Source: an uncultured Gemmatimonadales bacterium
GTDB lineage: Bacteria > Gemmatimonadota > Gemmatimonadetes > Gemmatimonadales > GWC2-71-9
Direction: 5' to 3'
Length of the DNA stretch: 64,000 nucleotides
Assembly: GCA_963742755.1 (NCBI GenBank)
Contig: CAVUMU010000011.1
Span: forward strand, 256,147 to 320,146
The notes below the pieces were generated by a model. It did no database searches. It was not told where the DNA came from and saw only the letters and a program-made list of their open reading frames with translations. How positions within the stretch are numbered: position 1 is the stretch's first letter; each line of letters begins with the position of its first letter. The position numbers and the translations under genes were made by a program. Positions 44,283 to 52,468 of this stretch are shown in pieces.

Positions 44283-45296
44283 CTAAGCCAGCAGGACCTG
44301 GTCCACCGATCGCCTGGGCGTGTGCCGCTTTTCGGGACACATCGCGTAACCAATCCGGAGGAACTGCTGCGGCACCCATCCACTCGCCGGAATAACCCGC
44401 CCCAGCTCCGCCCGCAGAGATGGGATCTCCAGCGCTTGGCTCATCGGCTGCAGGGCGAGACCTATGCCGGTGGCATGCAGCCACAGGCGCTCCAGAGCCT
44501 GGCCGGTGCGGATCTGAGAAACTCGGTCATCGGTCCGAGTGCTGATCAGGCCGACCAACGGGGCGCTCGACAAAAGGGCGGCGTTCCGTCTCCCGATTAC
44601 TCGACCCAGATTCAATCGTGTCAGCAGGAAGCCAGTCAGCCGCGACGGAAGGCGAGGGGTCCCGAAAACTCCTTGTCTCACCCAGTGCCCCAGTTCGTTC
44701 CGGAACGCCGGGTCTGCGAATTCCATTTCATCGGCATGCAGATTCAGCTCGACCACTCGGAACCGGATCGCTGGATCGTCTAGCAGATCCACTCGCAGTC
44801 CGGGGGCGGTGCAGCGGTCCAGGAGATGTTGCCGCACTTCGCTCGCCACCGGCTCGTCGCGGTAGAGTCCATGGTGGGTACGCCGAGCCGTAATCGCGCC
44901 GAGAGCAAGCCCGCTCCGGTCAGGCGGTGCCTGGGCACCATCCGGATGGAAGGTGACAGTTGCCGCGAGCTCCTCATTCGTGGATTGGGGGAAGTAACTG
45001 ACCTCCGCACGGAACCCGAACTGCTCACCTGCGAGAAGCATATTCTCCAGCGCGCAGCCCAGGCTGATGTAGAGCTCCCGCCGCCCCCGGTCCGCCACCT
45101 GCTGCCACCGAGTCAGGTCGGCGAATACGCCGATTGTGTTCTCGCCGATCGAAAACCGCCACGGCTGGGTGTTCTTGGTCGAGGGCGCCAGCACCGCATA
45201 GCGGAGCAGAAACTCGAGCTGCTTCTGCATGGGGAATATCGCAGGGAATTGGTGGGGCGAGACCTCCCAGGGTGAAGGCGTGCTCAATGTGGTCAT
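44283..45296 (-). CDS. Acg-family nitroreductase-fold protein
   Basis: 337 aa, double nitroreductase-like fold. LEFLLRYAVLAPSTKNTQPWRF...LGCALENMLLA...GQALERLWLHATGIGLALQPMSQ resembles Acg/Rv3131-type proteins. Confidence 0.8.
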   Translation of the reverse strand: MTTLSTPSPWEVSPHQFPAIFPMQKQLEFLLRYAVLAPSTKNTQPWRFSIGENTIGVFADLTRWQQVADRGRRELYISLGCALENMLLAGEQFGFRAEVSYFPQSTNEELAATVTFHPDGAQAPPDRSGLALGAITARRTHHGLYRDEPVASEVRQHLLDRCTAPGLRVDLLDDPAIRFRVVELNLHADEMEFADPAFRNELGHWVRQGVFGTPRLPSRLTGFLLTRLNLGRVIGRRNAALLSSAPLVGLISTRTDDRVSQIRTGQALERLWLHATGIGLALQPMSQALEIPSLRAELGRVIPASGWVPQQFLRIGYAMCPEKRHTPRRSVDQVLLA

Positions 45297-45301
45297 GTCG
45301 C

Positions 45302-45703
45302 CTACAGCCGGCCGGTTGCTACCGCACGCACGATGTCCGTCGTGGAGATCACGCCGACCATCCGGTCCCCGTCCACGACGAACAGCCGATGAACGTCGCC
45401 GTAGAGCATTTCCTGAGCGGCTTGCTTGACCGTCGCATCCGGCGCGATGATCATGGGCCGAGGGGTCATGAGGTCCCGCACGAAGGTTCCCTCGAACAGC
45501 GTTGCCCGCGCCGCCTGATCTTCAGCCTCCTCCTCCGCCGCCAGGATGTCGGTCGTGGAAATCACCCCGACCAGGCGGCCGCCCTGATCCACGACCCCCA
45601 ATCCCGAGACATGGGACTCGGCCAGGCTGACCACGGCATCGTTCACGACGGCATCAAGGGGCACGGTTTGCACATCGGTTTGCATCAGCTCGGATATTTT
45701 CAT
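45302..45703 (-). CDS. CBS-pair domain protein
   Basis: 133 aa with two CBS units (VVNDAVVSLAESHVSGLGVVDQGGRLVGVISTTDIL and TVKQAAQEMLYGDVHRLFVVDGDRMVGVISTTDIV). Confidence 0.9.
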   Translation of the reverse strand: MKISELMQTDVQTVPLDAVVNDAVVSLAESHVSGLGVVDQGGRLVGVISTTDILAAEEEAEDQAARATLFEGTFVRDLMTPRPMIIAPDATVKQAAQEMLYGDVHRLFVVDGDRMVGVISTTDIVRAVATGRL

Positions 45704-45750
45704 GGTGACTTCCTTTCGAATCGAGATCTCTCAATCTGCGAGCCCGAGGC

Positions 45751-45777
45751 TGAATCCACGGTGAAGCCGGTATGAAG
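45751..45777 (-). promoter_or_regulatory. Triple 11-bp-phased repeat site C (upstream of the CBS-acg operon)
   Basis: Plus strand TGAATccacggTGAAGccggtaTGAAG. Gene sense CTTCAtaccggCTTCAccgtggATTCA. 48 nt from the ATG. Confidence 0.6.
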
Positions 45778-45797
45778 GCTTCTTTCCCATTGGGAAC

Positions 45798-45824
45798 CTT
45801 CCACCCCGCTTCATGCTTCTTTCA
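45798..45824 (+). promoter_or_regulatory. Triple 11-bp-phased repeat site I (upstream of secreted-protein gene 45951)
   Basis: CTTCCaccccgCTTCAtgcttcTTTCA, about 125 nt before the ATG. Confidence 0.45.
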
Positions 45825-45950
45825 TGCCCGCCGGATGAGATTGCCTTTGAAGACCGGCTCGGGATCGGCCCGAGCTTACTCGCTTCCGACCTGGAGGACC
45901 CGGGAGGATGCCGGGGTATCAGGATCAATGAGGCACAGGAGGATTTCCAT

Positions 45951-46499
45951 ATGACACGCTCGATCCTTATTAGTCTGGCCGGCTCTCTGGCCATCGCGTC
46001 GGCAGTTTCGGCTCAACAGCCGGGCCGGCAAGCTGGCGATTCGGCGAGGGCGATGCGGGACCAGCCAATGGCCCGCGCGACGATGATGGCCAGGATGGAC
46101 TCAGCGGAGACCCGGCTGGACCGGATGGTGAGCGACATGAATCGGGCCACCGGGGCCAGAAAAATCCAGGCGATGTCGGCAGTCATCAACGAGTTGGTTG
46201 CTCAGCGCAAGCAGATGCGTGGGCACATGCAAGGAATGATGAACGCTGGTGGGATGATGGAACATGGAGCCAAGCGGACCCAGAGTCCGGCGATGCGGGA
46301 GGACATGCTGCCACCGGCCGCCGATACCGCTCGAGCTCAGGCAGCCATACCCGACACCGCCGGCCGGGCCGAACACCGGGAAACACCTCCGGAGCAGGCA
46401 GCCATGCCCGACACCACGGCGCAGCATCCGGATATGGGTCCCGCGCCGGCCAGGGCCGACACTGCGGAGCGTTCCCAGCCCGCCGACAGCGCCAAGTAA
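45951..46499 (+). CDS. Secreted Met/His-rich protein
   Basis: AGGAGG sits before ATG 45951. MTRSILISLAGSLAIASAVSAQQ is signal-like. The Met-rich core is RATMMARMDS...RKQMRGHMQGMMNAGGMMEHG. The tail repeats QAA(I/M)PDT. Confidence 0.65.
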   Translation: MTRSILISLAGSLAIASAVSAQQPGRQAGDSARAMRDQPMARATMMARMDSAETRLDRMVSDMNRATGARKIQAMSAVINELVAQRKQMRGHMQGMMNAGGMMEHGAKRTQSPAMREDMLPPAADTARAQAAIPDTAGRAEHRETPPEQAAMPDTTAQHPDMGPAPARADTAERSQPADSAK

Positions 46500-46525
46500 G
46501 GAGGCGGGGTCTGAACCCGCGGCTG

Positions 46526-46846
46526 GTGATCCTGGCAACCGTCGTGGTGGGGGTCGCGGCTTGGGTGAGCTACCGCACCAGCAGCGAGGTCTCGCGCGAC
46601 TCCCAAGTGGTCGATCCGGCGGGCGAGGTCAAGGGACGGGCGCTTATCGTCTTTCACCCTGGCCTGAGTGACTTTCCCGATAGTGTCACCATGGCGTTCG
46701 CGCGGGGTCTTTCCAGCCAGGGTTGGCAGGTGGAGCTGGCGACCGCCTCGGCCCGGGCCCCGAGCCCGGTAGACCGGTACGACCTCCTCGCGGTGGCGTA
46801 CCAAGCGGGACGCCGGATCGCTGCTCCGAGTAGCGCTGCCAAGTAG
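46526..46846 (+). pseudogene. Probable truncated membrane-anchored flavodoxin-like gene
   Basis: A TM anchor is followed by GRALIVFHPGLSDFPDSVTMAFARGL...DRYDLLAV. The frame ends about halfway through the expected fold. Confidence 0.35.
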
Positions 46847-46856
46847 CTGCTCGGCT

Positions 46857-47153
46857 TTGCGTATCGCCGCGGCACTCCCGCTGTGGATCGCGATCCAGGA
46901 AGGCCGGCTCCAACTGGTACTGGCGCTGCTTGGATTCGCCGCCGTTACCGATCTGGTGGACGGCCCCCTGGCCCGCCGGCTCGGCGCGGTGACCGGGTGG
47001 GGTGCCTACCTCGACGTGACCGCTGATTTCCTGGTGCTCATGATCGCCTTCGCCGGTTTTGTCCACCTCGATATCTATCCGGCCTGGCTCCTGGTTCTCC
47101 TGGCCGCCATGTTCGCCCAGTTCCTGCTGACGTCCCGCTTCAGGGGAGCTTGA
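46857..47153 (+). pseudogene. Truncated CDP-alcohol phosphatidyltransferase
   Basis: The signature D-x2-DG-x2-AR-x8-G-x3-D-x3-D is present (TDLVDGPLARRLGAVTGWGAYLDVTAD). Only about 98 codons remain, there is no clear start, and the 3' end runs into the convergent USP gene. Confidence 0.45.
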
Positions 47154-48048
47154 ACGAAACCCGGGCGGGCCTCGCCACCAGGACATCGCACGCCGCCGCC
47201 TGGAGGACCCACTCGGCCACACTGCCGAGCAAGGCGTGCGAGAGACCGCATCGGCCGTGGGTGCCGACCGCGATCAGGTCTGCCCGACGCCGATCGGCCT
47301 GGGCAATAATGACCGCCCGGGGATCGCCGTGCACGACCACCCCACGCCAGCGGACACGGTCTTCGCCCAGCGACGATCGAAGTTTCATGAGAGCAGCGGC
47401 GGCTGCCTGCCTGGAATCCCTCCGGAGACCGGCCATATCTCCGGGCGGGATGGAGGGCGTGATCAAACCCTCGAAGGGCAGCCGGTACGCGTGGAGCAGG
47501 GTCGCGGCCTTCACCTCGGGCCCGAGAACGCGCAACCCGGTGGTCACGACTGATCGGGAGGTGTCCTCGAGATCTACGGCGAGCACCGGCTGGCGATAGT
47601 TCCGCGTGGCCGCGCGGCTCACGACCAGGACGGGCAGGTCTCCCGCCCGGATCACCCGGTCGGCGGTCGAGCCGATGAACATGTCTCTCACCGGCCGCCG
47701 GCTATGGCGCCCGAGCACAATCAGATCGGCCCCGGCGGACCTCGCCTGCCGGACGATTTCGACGTAGGCTTGCCCCCGGAACAAGGCGGACGCGACCCGG
47801 ATGTGGCCCCGGCCGCGAGCTGAAGGCGAATGGGAGAGGGCGGTCACCGCGCTCTCGAGCTGCCGGCGTGCGGCCTGCGCGGCGCGGGAGAGCGTCTTCC
47901 TGGGAAGTTGGCCGGGCAGCACGTGCGCGATGGATATTTTGCCGCCGTCGACCAGAGGCAGACGTCCTGCCCGCGCGACGGCCCGAGCCGCACCAGGGGA
48001 GAAATCTGTCGCCACGAAGATATGCCGGAAGGGCGCCGGTGTGCTCAT
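47140..48048 (-). CDS. Universal stress protein, tandem USP domains
   Basis: 302 aa: IFVATDFSPGAARAV...LIVLGRHSRRPVRDMFIGSTADRV and VLAVDLEDTS...LIAVGTHGRCGLSHALLGSVAEWV. ATGA overlap with nhaA. Confidence 0.9.
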   Translation of the reverse strand: MSTPAPFRHIFVATDFSPGAARAVARAGRLPLVDGGKISIAHVLPGQLPRKTLSRAAQAARRQLESAVTALSHSPSARGRGHIRVASALFRGQAYVEIVRQARSAGADLIVLGRHSRRPVRDMFIGSTADRVIRAGDLPVLVVSRAATRNYRQPVLAVDLEDTSRSVVTTGLRVLGPEVKAATLLHAYRLPFEGLITPSIPPGDMAGLRRDSRQAAAAALMKLRSSLGEDRVRWRGVVVHGDPRAVIIAQADRRRADLIAVGTHGRCGLSHALLGSVAEWVLQAAACDVLVARPARVSFKLP

Positions 48049-49433
48049 GCCCCGCTACCGGTGGACGAGCGGGTCGGCAGGATCATCCGGCCAAGCCCGT
48101 AAGCCAGCACCGCCGCCACACCGGACCCGATCAGGATGCCGACCTTGGCTGTCTCCAGGTTTGCTCCGCCCGGGAAGGCGAGCTGAGCGATGAAGATCGA
48201 CATCGTGAAGCCGATCCCTGCCACCACCCCGACGATACCAACCTGAGGCCAGGTAATGCCACTCGGCAACGCCGCTACTCCCAGCCGGGTCGCCAGCCAC
48301 GAGACTCCCAGAATGCCGACCGGCTTTCCCAGCACCAGTCCGACGGCCACGCCGAGCAATACCAGCAGCGGCTCCCCGCTGAACGAGGCGTCGCCGAGAG
48401 CCACGCCGGCGTTCGCCAGCGCGAAGAGCGGCATGACGCCATACGCCACCCAGCCATGGAGCGCATGCTCGATGCGTTCGACCGGAGACACGGCCTCGCG
48501 TCGCGCCTCGTCCAGGTACTCCAGGTGCGGCAGGATGGCCCGCTCATCCTCGCCCTCCTGACGCTCTCGGACCGCGGCGACGCTGGCGCCGGCGCGGTCG
48601 ATGAACGCCTGGGGGCCAAACCAGGCCCGCACCGGAGTCATCATTCCCACCGCCACGCCGGCCAGCGTGGGGTGGATGCCGGCGGCATAGGCCCCGGCCC
48701 AGACGACGGCGCCAGGAAGCACGTAGGCCCACGGGCTTCGTACGCCGAGCAACTGCATCGCGAGTATCGCCATGACACCTGCGCCCAGGGTGAGAAAGCC
48801 CAGGGGCTCGAGGCCGGACGAATAAAAGATCGCGATCACCAGGATAGCCCCGACGTCATCGATGACCGCCAGGGCGAGCAGCAGGATACGGAGTGGCGGT
48901 GGGACCCGCTTTCCCAGCAGGGTCAGCACCCCGACCGCGAACGCGATGTCCGTCGCCATCGGGATGCCCCAGCCGCTCACGCTGTCGCGGCCCCAGTTGA
49001 GCGCCAGGAAGCTCGCCGCCGGGACCAGCATCCCTCCCAGGGCCGCTGCGAGCGGGAGCGCGGCTCGGCGCAGCTGGCTCAGCTCCCCGCGGTGCATCTC
49101 GCGACGGATCTCGAGCCCGACGACGAAGAAGAAGATCGTCATCACCCCGTCGTTGATCCAGAAATGCAGGTCGCGCTCGAAGGAGAACGGCCCGAGGCGC
49201 AGGCCCAGCGGCAGGTGCCAGAGGGCGACGTAGCTTTCGGACCAGGGAGAGTTGGCCCAGATCAGGGCGATGGCGGCGGCGGCGAGGAGGAGAATCCCGC
49301 TGGCCGCTTCGATGGCAAGGAAGCTCTCTACTGGAGCCAGGGCCCGCCGAGCCAGCTGACGGGCGGGCCGCCAGCTACCGGGAGGGGCGCCGGGGGAACC
49401 GGAGGGGGAAGTCTCGTCAGCCTGATCGGCCAT
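48045..49433 (-). CDS. nhaA: Na+/H+ antiporter NhaA
   Basis: FLAIEAASGILLLAAAAIALIWANS, HFWINDGVMTIFFFVVGLEIRRE and GWGIPMATDIAFAVGVL are NhaA hallmarks. Confidence 0.9.
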   Translation of the reverse strand: MADQADETSPSGSPGAPPGSWRPARQLARRALAPVESFLAIEAASGILLLAAAAIALIWANSPWSESYVALWHLPLGLRLGPFSFERDLHFWINDGVMTIFFFVVGLEIRREMHRGELSQLRRAALPLAAALGGMLVPAASFLALNWGRDSVSGWGIPMATDIAFAVGVLTLLGKRVPPPLRILLLALAVIDDVGAILVIAIFYSSGLEPLGFLTLGAGVMAILAMQLLGVRSPWAYVLPGAVVWAGAYAAGIHPTLAGVAVGMMTPVRAWFGPQAFIDRAGASVAAVRERQEGEDERAILPHLEYLDEARREAVSPVERIEHALHGWVAYGVMPLFALANAGVALGDASFSGEPLLVLLGVAVGLVLGKPVGILGVSWLATRLGVAALPSGITWPQVGIVGVVAGIGFTMSIFIAQLAFPGGANLETAKVGILIGSGVAAVLAYGLGRMILPTRSSTGSGA

Positions 49434-49515
49434 GATACCCTACGCGCGACCCGATGAATGAGAGGCTGGCGGCCGACCAAGCCGTGAGCTGCTGGGACGG
49501 TCACCGCACCGTGTG

Positions 49516-49532
49516 CTTTCCGCGGCGGAAAG
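49516..49532. promoter_or_regulatory. Perfect 17-bp palindrome in the nhaA/kef divergent region
   Basis: CTTTCCGCgGCGGAAAG has 8-bp arms. It lies 44 nt before the kef-like start and 83 nt before the nhaA start. Confidence 0.45.
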
Positions 49533-49575
49533 TATCGGATCTTCCTTACCTTCGCCACTCGGGCTCGAGGTTCCC

Positions 49576-51285
49576 ATGAACGGCTCCGCTCAGCTCCAAG
49601 ACGTCCTCATCATCCTGGTAGCCGCGGTCGCGGTGGTGACCTTGTTCCGTCGCCTTCGTGCCAGCACCGTGCTGGGGTATCTCGCCGCCGGAGCGCTCAT
49701 CGGCCCACACGGTCTGGATCTGCTGCACGACGTGGGAGCAACTGCCGTCCTGGCCCAGCTGGGGGTGGTGTTCCTCTTGTTCTCGATCGGGTTGGAGCTG
49801 TCCATCGAGCGGCTACTGGCGCTCCGCCGTTTGGTGTTCGGGCTTGGCGGGGCTCAGGTGGGGCTGACTGCGCTCGCGCTGTGGGGAATCCTGCGCGCGC
49901 TGGGGGTGGAGAGCGGCGCGGCGCTGCTGCTGGGCGCCGGACTGGCGCTCTCGTCCACCGCGGTGGTCCTCCAGATGCTGGTCCAGCGCCGCGAGCTCGG
50001 CAGCCCCCACGGCCGGGTCGCCTTCGCCGTGCTCCTCTTCCAGGACCTCGCCGTCATTCCGCTTCTGACCCTGGTACCGCTGCTGGGCCGCCCGGGCACG
50101 GGGATTCTGCCGGCGCTCGGGACCGCCTTCGCGAAGGCGGTCCTGGCGCTGATCGTTATCCTGGCCCTGGGCCGTCTCGCACTCCGCCCCGCGCTTCGGC
50201 TGGTGGCCAGGGACGGTACGCCCGAGCTCTTCACCGGCATCGTGTTGCTGGTAGTCCTGGGGGTCGGCTGGGTGACCGAGCAGGCAGGCCTCTCCATGGC
50301 ACTCGGCGCCTTCCTCGCCGGGCTGCTCCTGGCCGAGACCGAGTATCGCCCGCAGGTAGAGGGTGACATCCAGCCGTTCCGGGGAATCCTGCTTGCTCTC
50401 TTCTTCATGACGGTCGGCATGGGGCTGGACCTCGATCTGCTCCGCGACAGGTTCCCGGTCTTGCTCGGCCTACTCCTGGTGCTGTTGCTCGTGAAGTCGA
50501 GCGTGCTGGCCGCGTTGAGCCGGCTACTGGGCCTGCCGATGGCTGTGGGCGCGGCGGTCGGGATCATGCTGGCACAGGGAGGTGAGTTCGGCTTCGTCCT
50601 CTTCTCCCTCGCGCAGCAGGCCGACGTCATTTCAGCCGATACCGCGCAGGTGGCCCTGCTTGTCATCGGCCTGAGCATGGCCATTACGCCCGGGCTCCTG
50701 GCCTCGAGCCGGGTCGTGCTCCGGCGCCTGGAGCAGCGCCCGGCGGCTTCGCGCGGTCCTCGGCTGGAGTCTGCCGACGCGATCGCCAATCACGTCATCA
50801 TCGCCGGCTTCGGCCGGGTGGGCCAGACGCTCGGCCTCCTGCTGGAATCGAGGTTCATCCCCTACCTCGCCCTGGACGTGAACCCAGAGCTGGTGGCCGA
50901 AGCGCGGCGGCGCGGACGTCCGGTCTTCTTCGGCGACGCCAGCCGGGCCGATGTGCTCAAGGCGGCCGGGGTGGAGCGGGCCCAGCTGGCGGTCAGTACT
51001 CTGGACGACCCCGTGCTGGCCGGCCGGGCCGTGCAAGGGCTCCGCCGGTTGATGCCGGCGCTGCCGATTCTGGCGCGGGGACGCGACGCGGGGGATTGCG
51101 AGAAGCTGGTGCGGGCGGGGGCCACGGCGGCGGTGCCCGAGATCGTGGAGGGGAGTTTGCGGCTCGGTGGAGTCCTACTGCGGCAGCTCGGTGTGTCGGG
51201 CGACAGTGTAGACCAGCTGCTCCAGCAGGTCCGGCGGGAGGCGTATGCGCCCCTGGAGGAGATCACGGGCGAAGCGCGGGAGTGA
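49576..51285 (+). CDS. CPA2 monovalent cation:proton antiporter with TrkA-N domain (KefB/KefC-like)
   Basis: TVLGYLAAGALIGPHGL, LLFSIGLELS, and the C-terminal Rossmann motif HVIIAGFGRVGQTLG. Confidence 0.85.
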   Translation: MNGSAQLQDVLIILVAAVAVVTLFRRLRASTVLGYLAAGALIGPHGLDLLHDVGATAVLAQLGVVFLLFSIGLELSIERLLALRRLVFGLGGAQVGLTALALWGILRALGVESGAALLLGAGLALSSTAVVLQMLVQRRELGSPHGRVAFAVLLFQDLAVIPLLTLVPLLGRPGTGILPALGTAFAKAVLALIVILALGRLALRPALRLVARDGTPELFTGIVLLVVLGVGWVTEQAGLSMALGAFLAGLLLAETEYRPQVEGDIQPFRGILLALFFMTVGMGLDLDLLRDRFPVLLGLLLVLLLVKSSVLAALSRLLGLPMAVGAAVGIMLAQGGEFGFVLFSLAQQADVISADTAQVALLVIGLSMAITPGLLASSRVVLRRLEQRPAASRGPRLESADAIANHVIIAGFGRVGQTLGLLLESRFIPYLALDVNPELVAEARRRGRPVFFGDASRADVLKAAGVERAQLAVSTLDDPVLAGRAVQGLRRLMPALPILARGRDAGDCEKLVRAGATAAVPEIVEGSLRLGGVLLRQLGVSGDSVDQLLQQVRREAYAPLEEITGEARE

Positions 51286-51461
51286 CACCACTACTTCGCA
51301 GGCGCGATCACGGCCGGATTCGCGGGAGCAGCCCCTTCAGCCGCGCGGTCCAGAGCGGGGCGACCAGCACTATCACCAGTACGGCCGACCCGACCCCTTC
51401 CGGTCACTCAGCACGGTCATCCGTGGCCTGGAATGCCAGCTGCTTCGCCGTGGCTAACCGC

Positions 51462-51959
51462 TTAGTCCCCCACCCGGAACATGATGCCGACCGTAAGGGG
51501 CAGCTGTTGGATCGTATTGCCCTCGGCAAAAATGGCATGAAAGCGGGCCTCCGCGAACGCCCGGGCCGGCGAGTCCCCCAGTCCCAACGGAAAAGTCGCA
51601 CCGGCGCCGGCGTTAATGCCGAGGTCGCTGCCGCCATCGGCGTAAATGCCCGCGCCGCCGATCACGTACGGCCGGATCCGGGCCTCGGAAGAGGTGCTGA
51701 AGTTGTACAGGGCGTTTGCGGTACCGATGAAGATGTCTTCCCCACCGGCAAACTGCAGCATGCCATCGATCCGGAAGCCGACCGGGTTACCCTCCTCGCG
51801 GCTGAACCGAAGCGTACCCATCACGTGGAAATCCACCCCACCCCCATCCTCGAGTAAGAACGTAGGGCCGATCCCCGCTCCCAGGACTTGCCCGCTCAGG
51901 GGGCAAGGTGATCCGGCAAGCACGGTCGCCACGAGTGCTCCGACTACCAAACGCCTCAT
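51462..51959 (-). CDS. Outer-membrane beta-barrel (OmpW/porin-like) protein
   Basis: GGAGG sits 7 nt before ATG 51959. The signal peptide is MRRLVVGALVATVLAG. Alternating beta-strand pattern ending in ...LTVGIMFRVGD. Confidence 0.7.
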   Translation of the reverse strand: MRRLVVGALVATVLAGSPCPLSGQVLGAGIGPTFLLEDGGGVDFHVMGTLRFSREEGNPVGFRIDGMLQFAGGEDIFIGTANALYNFSTSSEARIRPYVIGGAGIYADGGSDLGINAGAGATFPLGLGDSPARAFAEARFHAIFAEGNTIQQLPLTVGIMFRVGD

Positions 51960-52159
51960 AACGGGACCTCCAAAATTTGTGTGAGTCACTTGCGAAGTGA
52001 GTAAAACATTGGCCCGCTCATTCGGGGCAGAGCTGCATGCTCATGGCGGAGTGCTCTATCGGCTGGCCTTCGCAATCGGAATGACCCTACTACGGGCCTC
52101 CATTCAGACATTACGCTGGAAACCCGCCTGCCTCAAGGCCCGCTCCAGAGCCGGTTCGG

Positions 52160-52468
52160 GCGGTTGGGATGGACCTGGACTGCTGCGGTGTTGCTGCTGA
52201 CCACTGGTGGGAGGTGGTTGCCGCCCAGGCGTCGGCGATCGGCCTCCTGGCGTGATGGCCGAGCCTGGGGCTTGCAGCAGCGGTCGTCCTCCCGATAGCG
52301 CGGCTTGCGTTCACGGCTCATTGGGGTGCGCCGTCCTCTCTGGCATTGGCGATCCTCGATCAGCTCCTCGATGTCCTGATTCTCGGAGGGTTCGCGCTCG
52401 CGGCTTGTTGTTGCCGGTTTCGCCCGGGGTTGCCAGACGCGAAGCGGTCCGGCAAGTTGGGGCGATGA
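52160..52468 (+). pseudogene. Decayed paralogue of the membrane part of gene 12391..12891
   Basis: 52304-52408 is about 80% identical in DNA to 12591-12695 (AFTAHWGAPSSLALAILDQLLDVLILGGFALA versus AFTTQWGAPSSLPLAILDQLVDVMVLVGFALA). It has indels and an in-frame stop at 52253, no start, and no CxxC tail. Its stop overlaps the ATG of the next gene. Confidence 0.5.
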
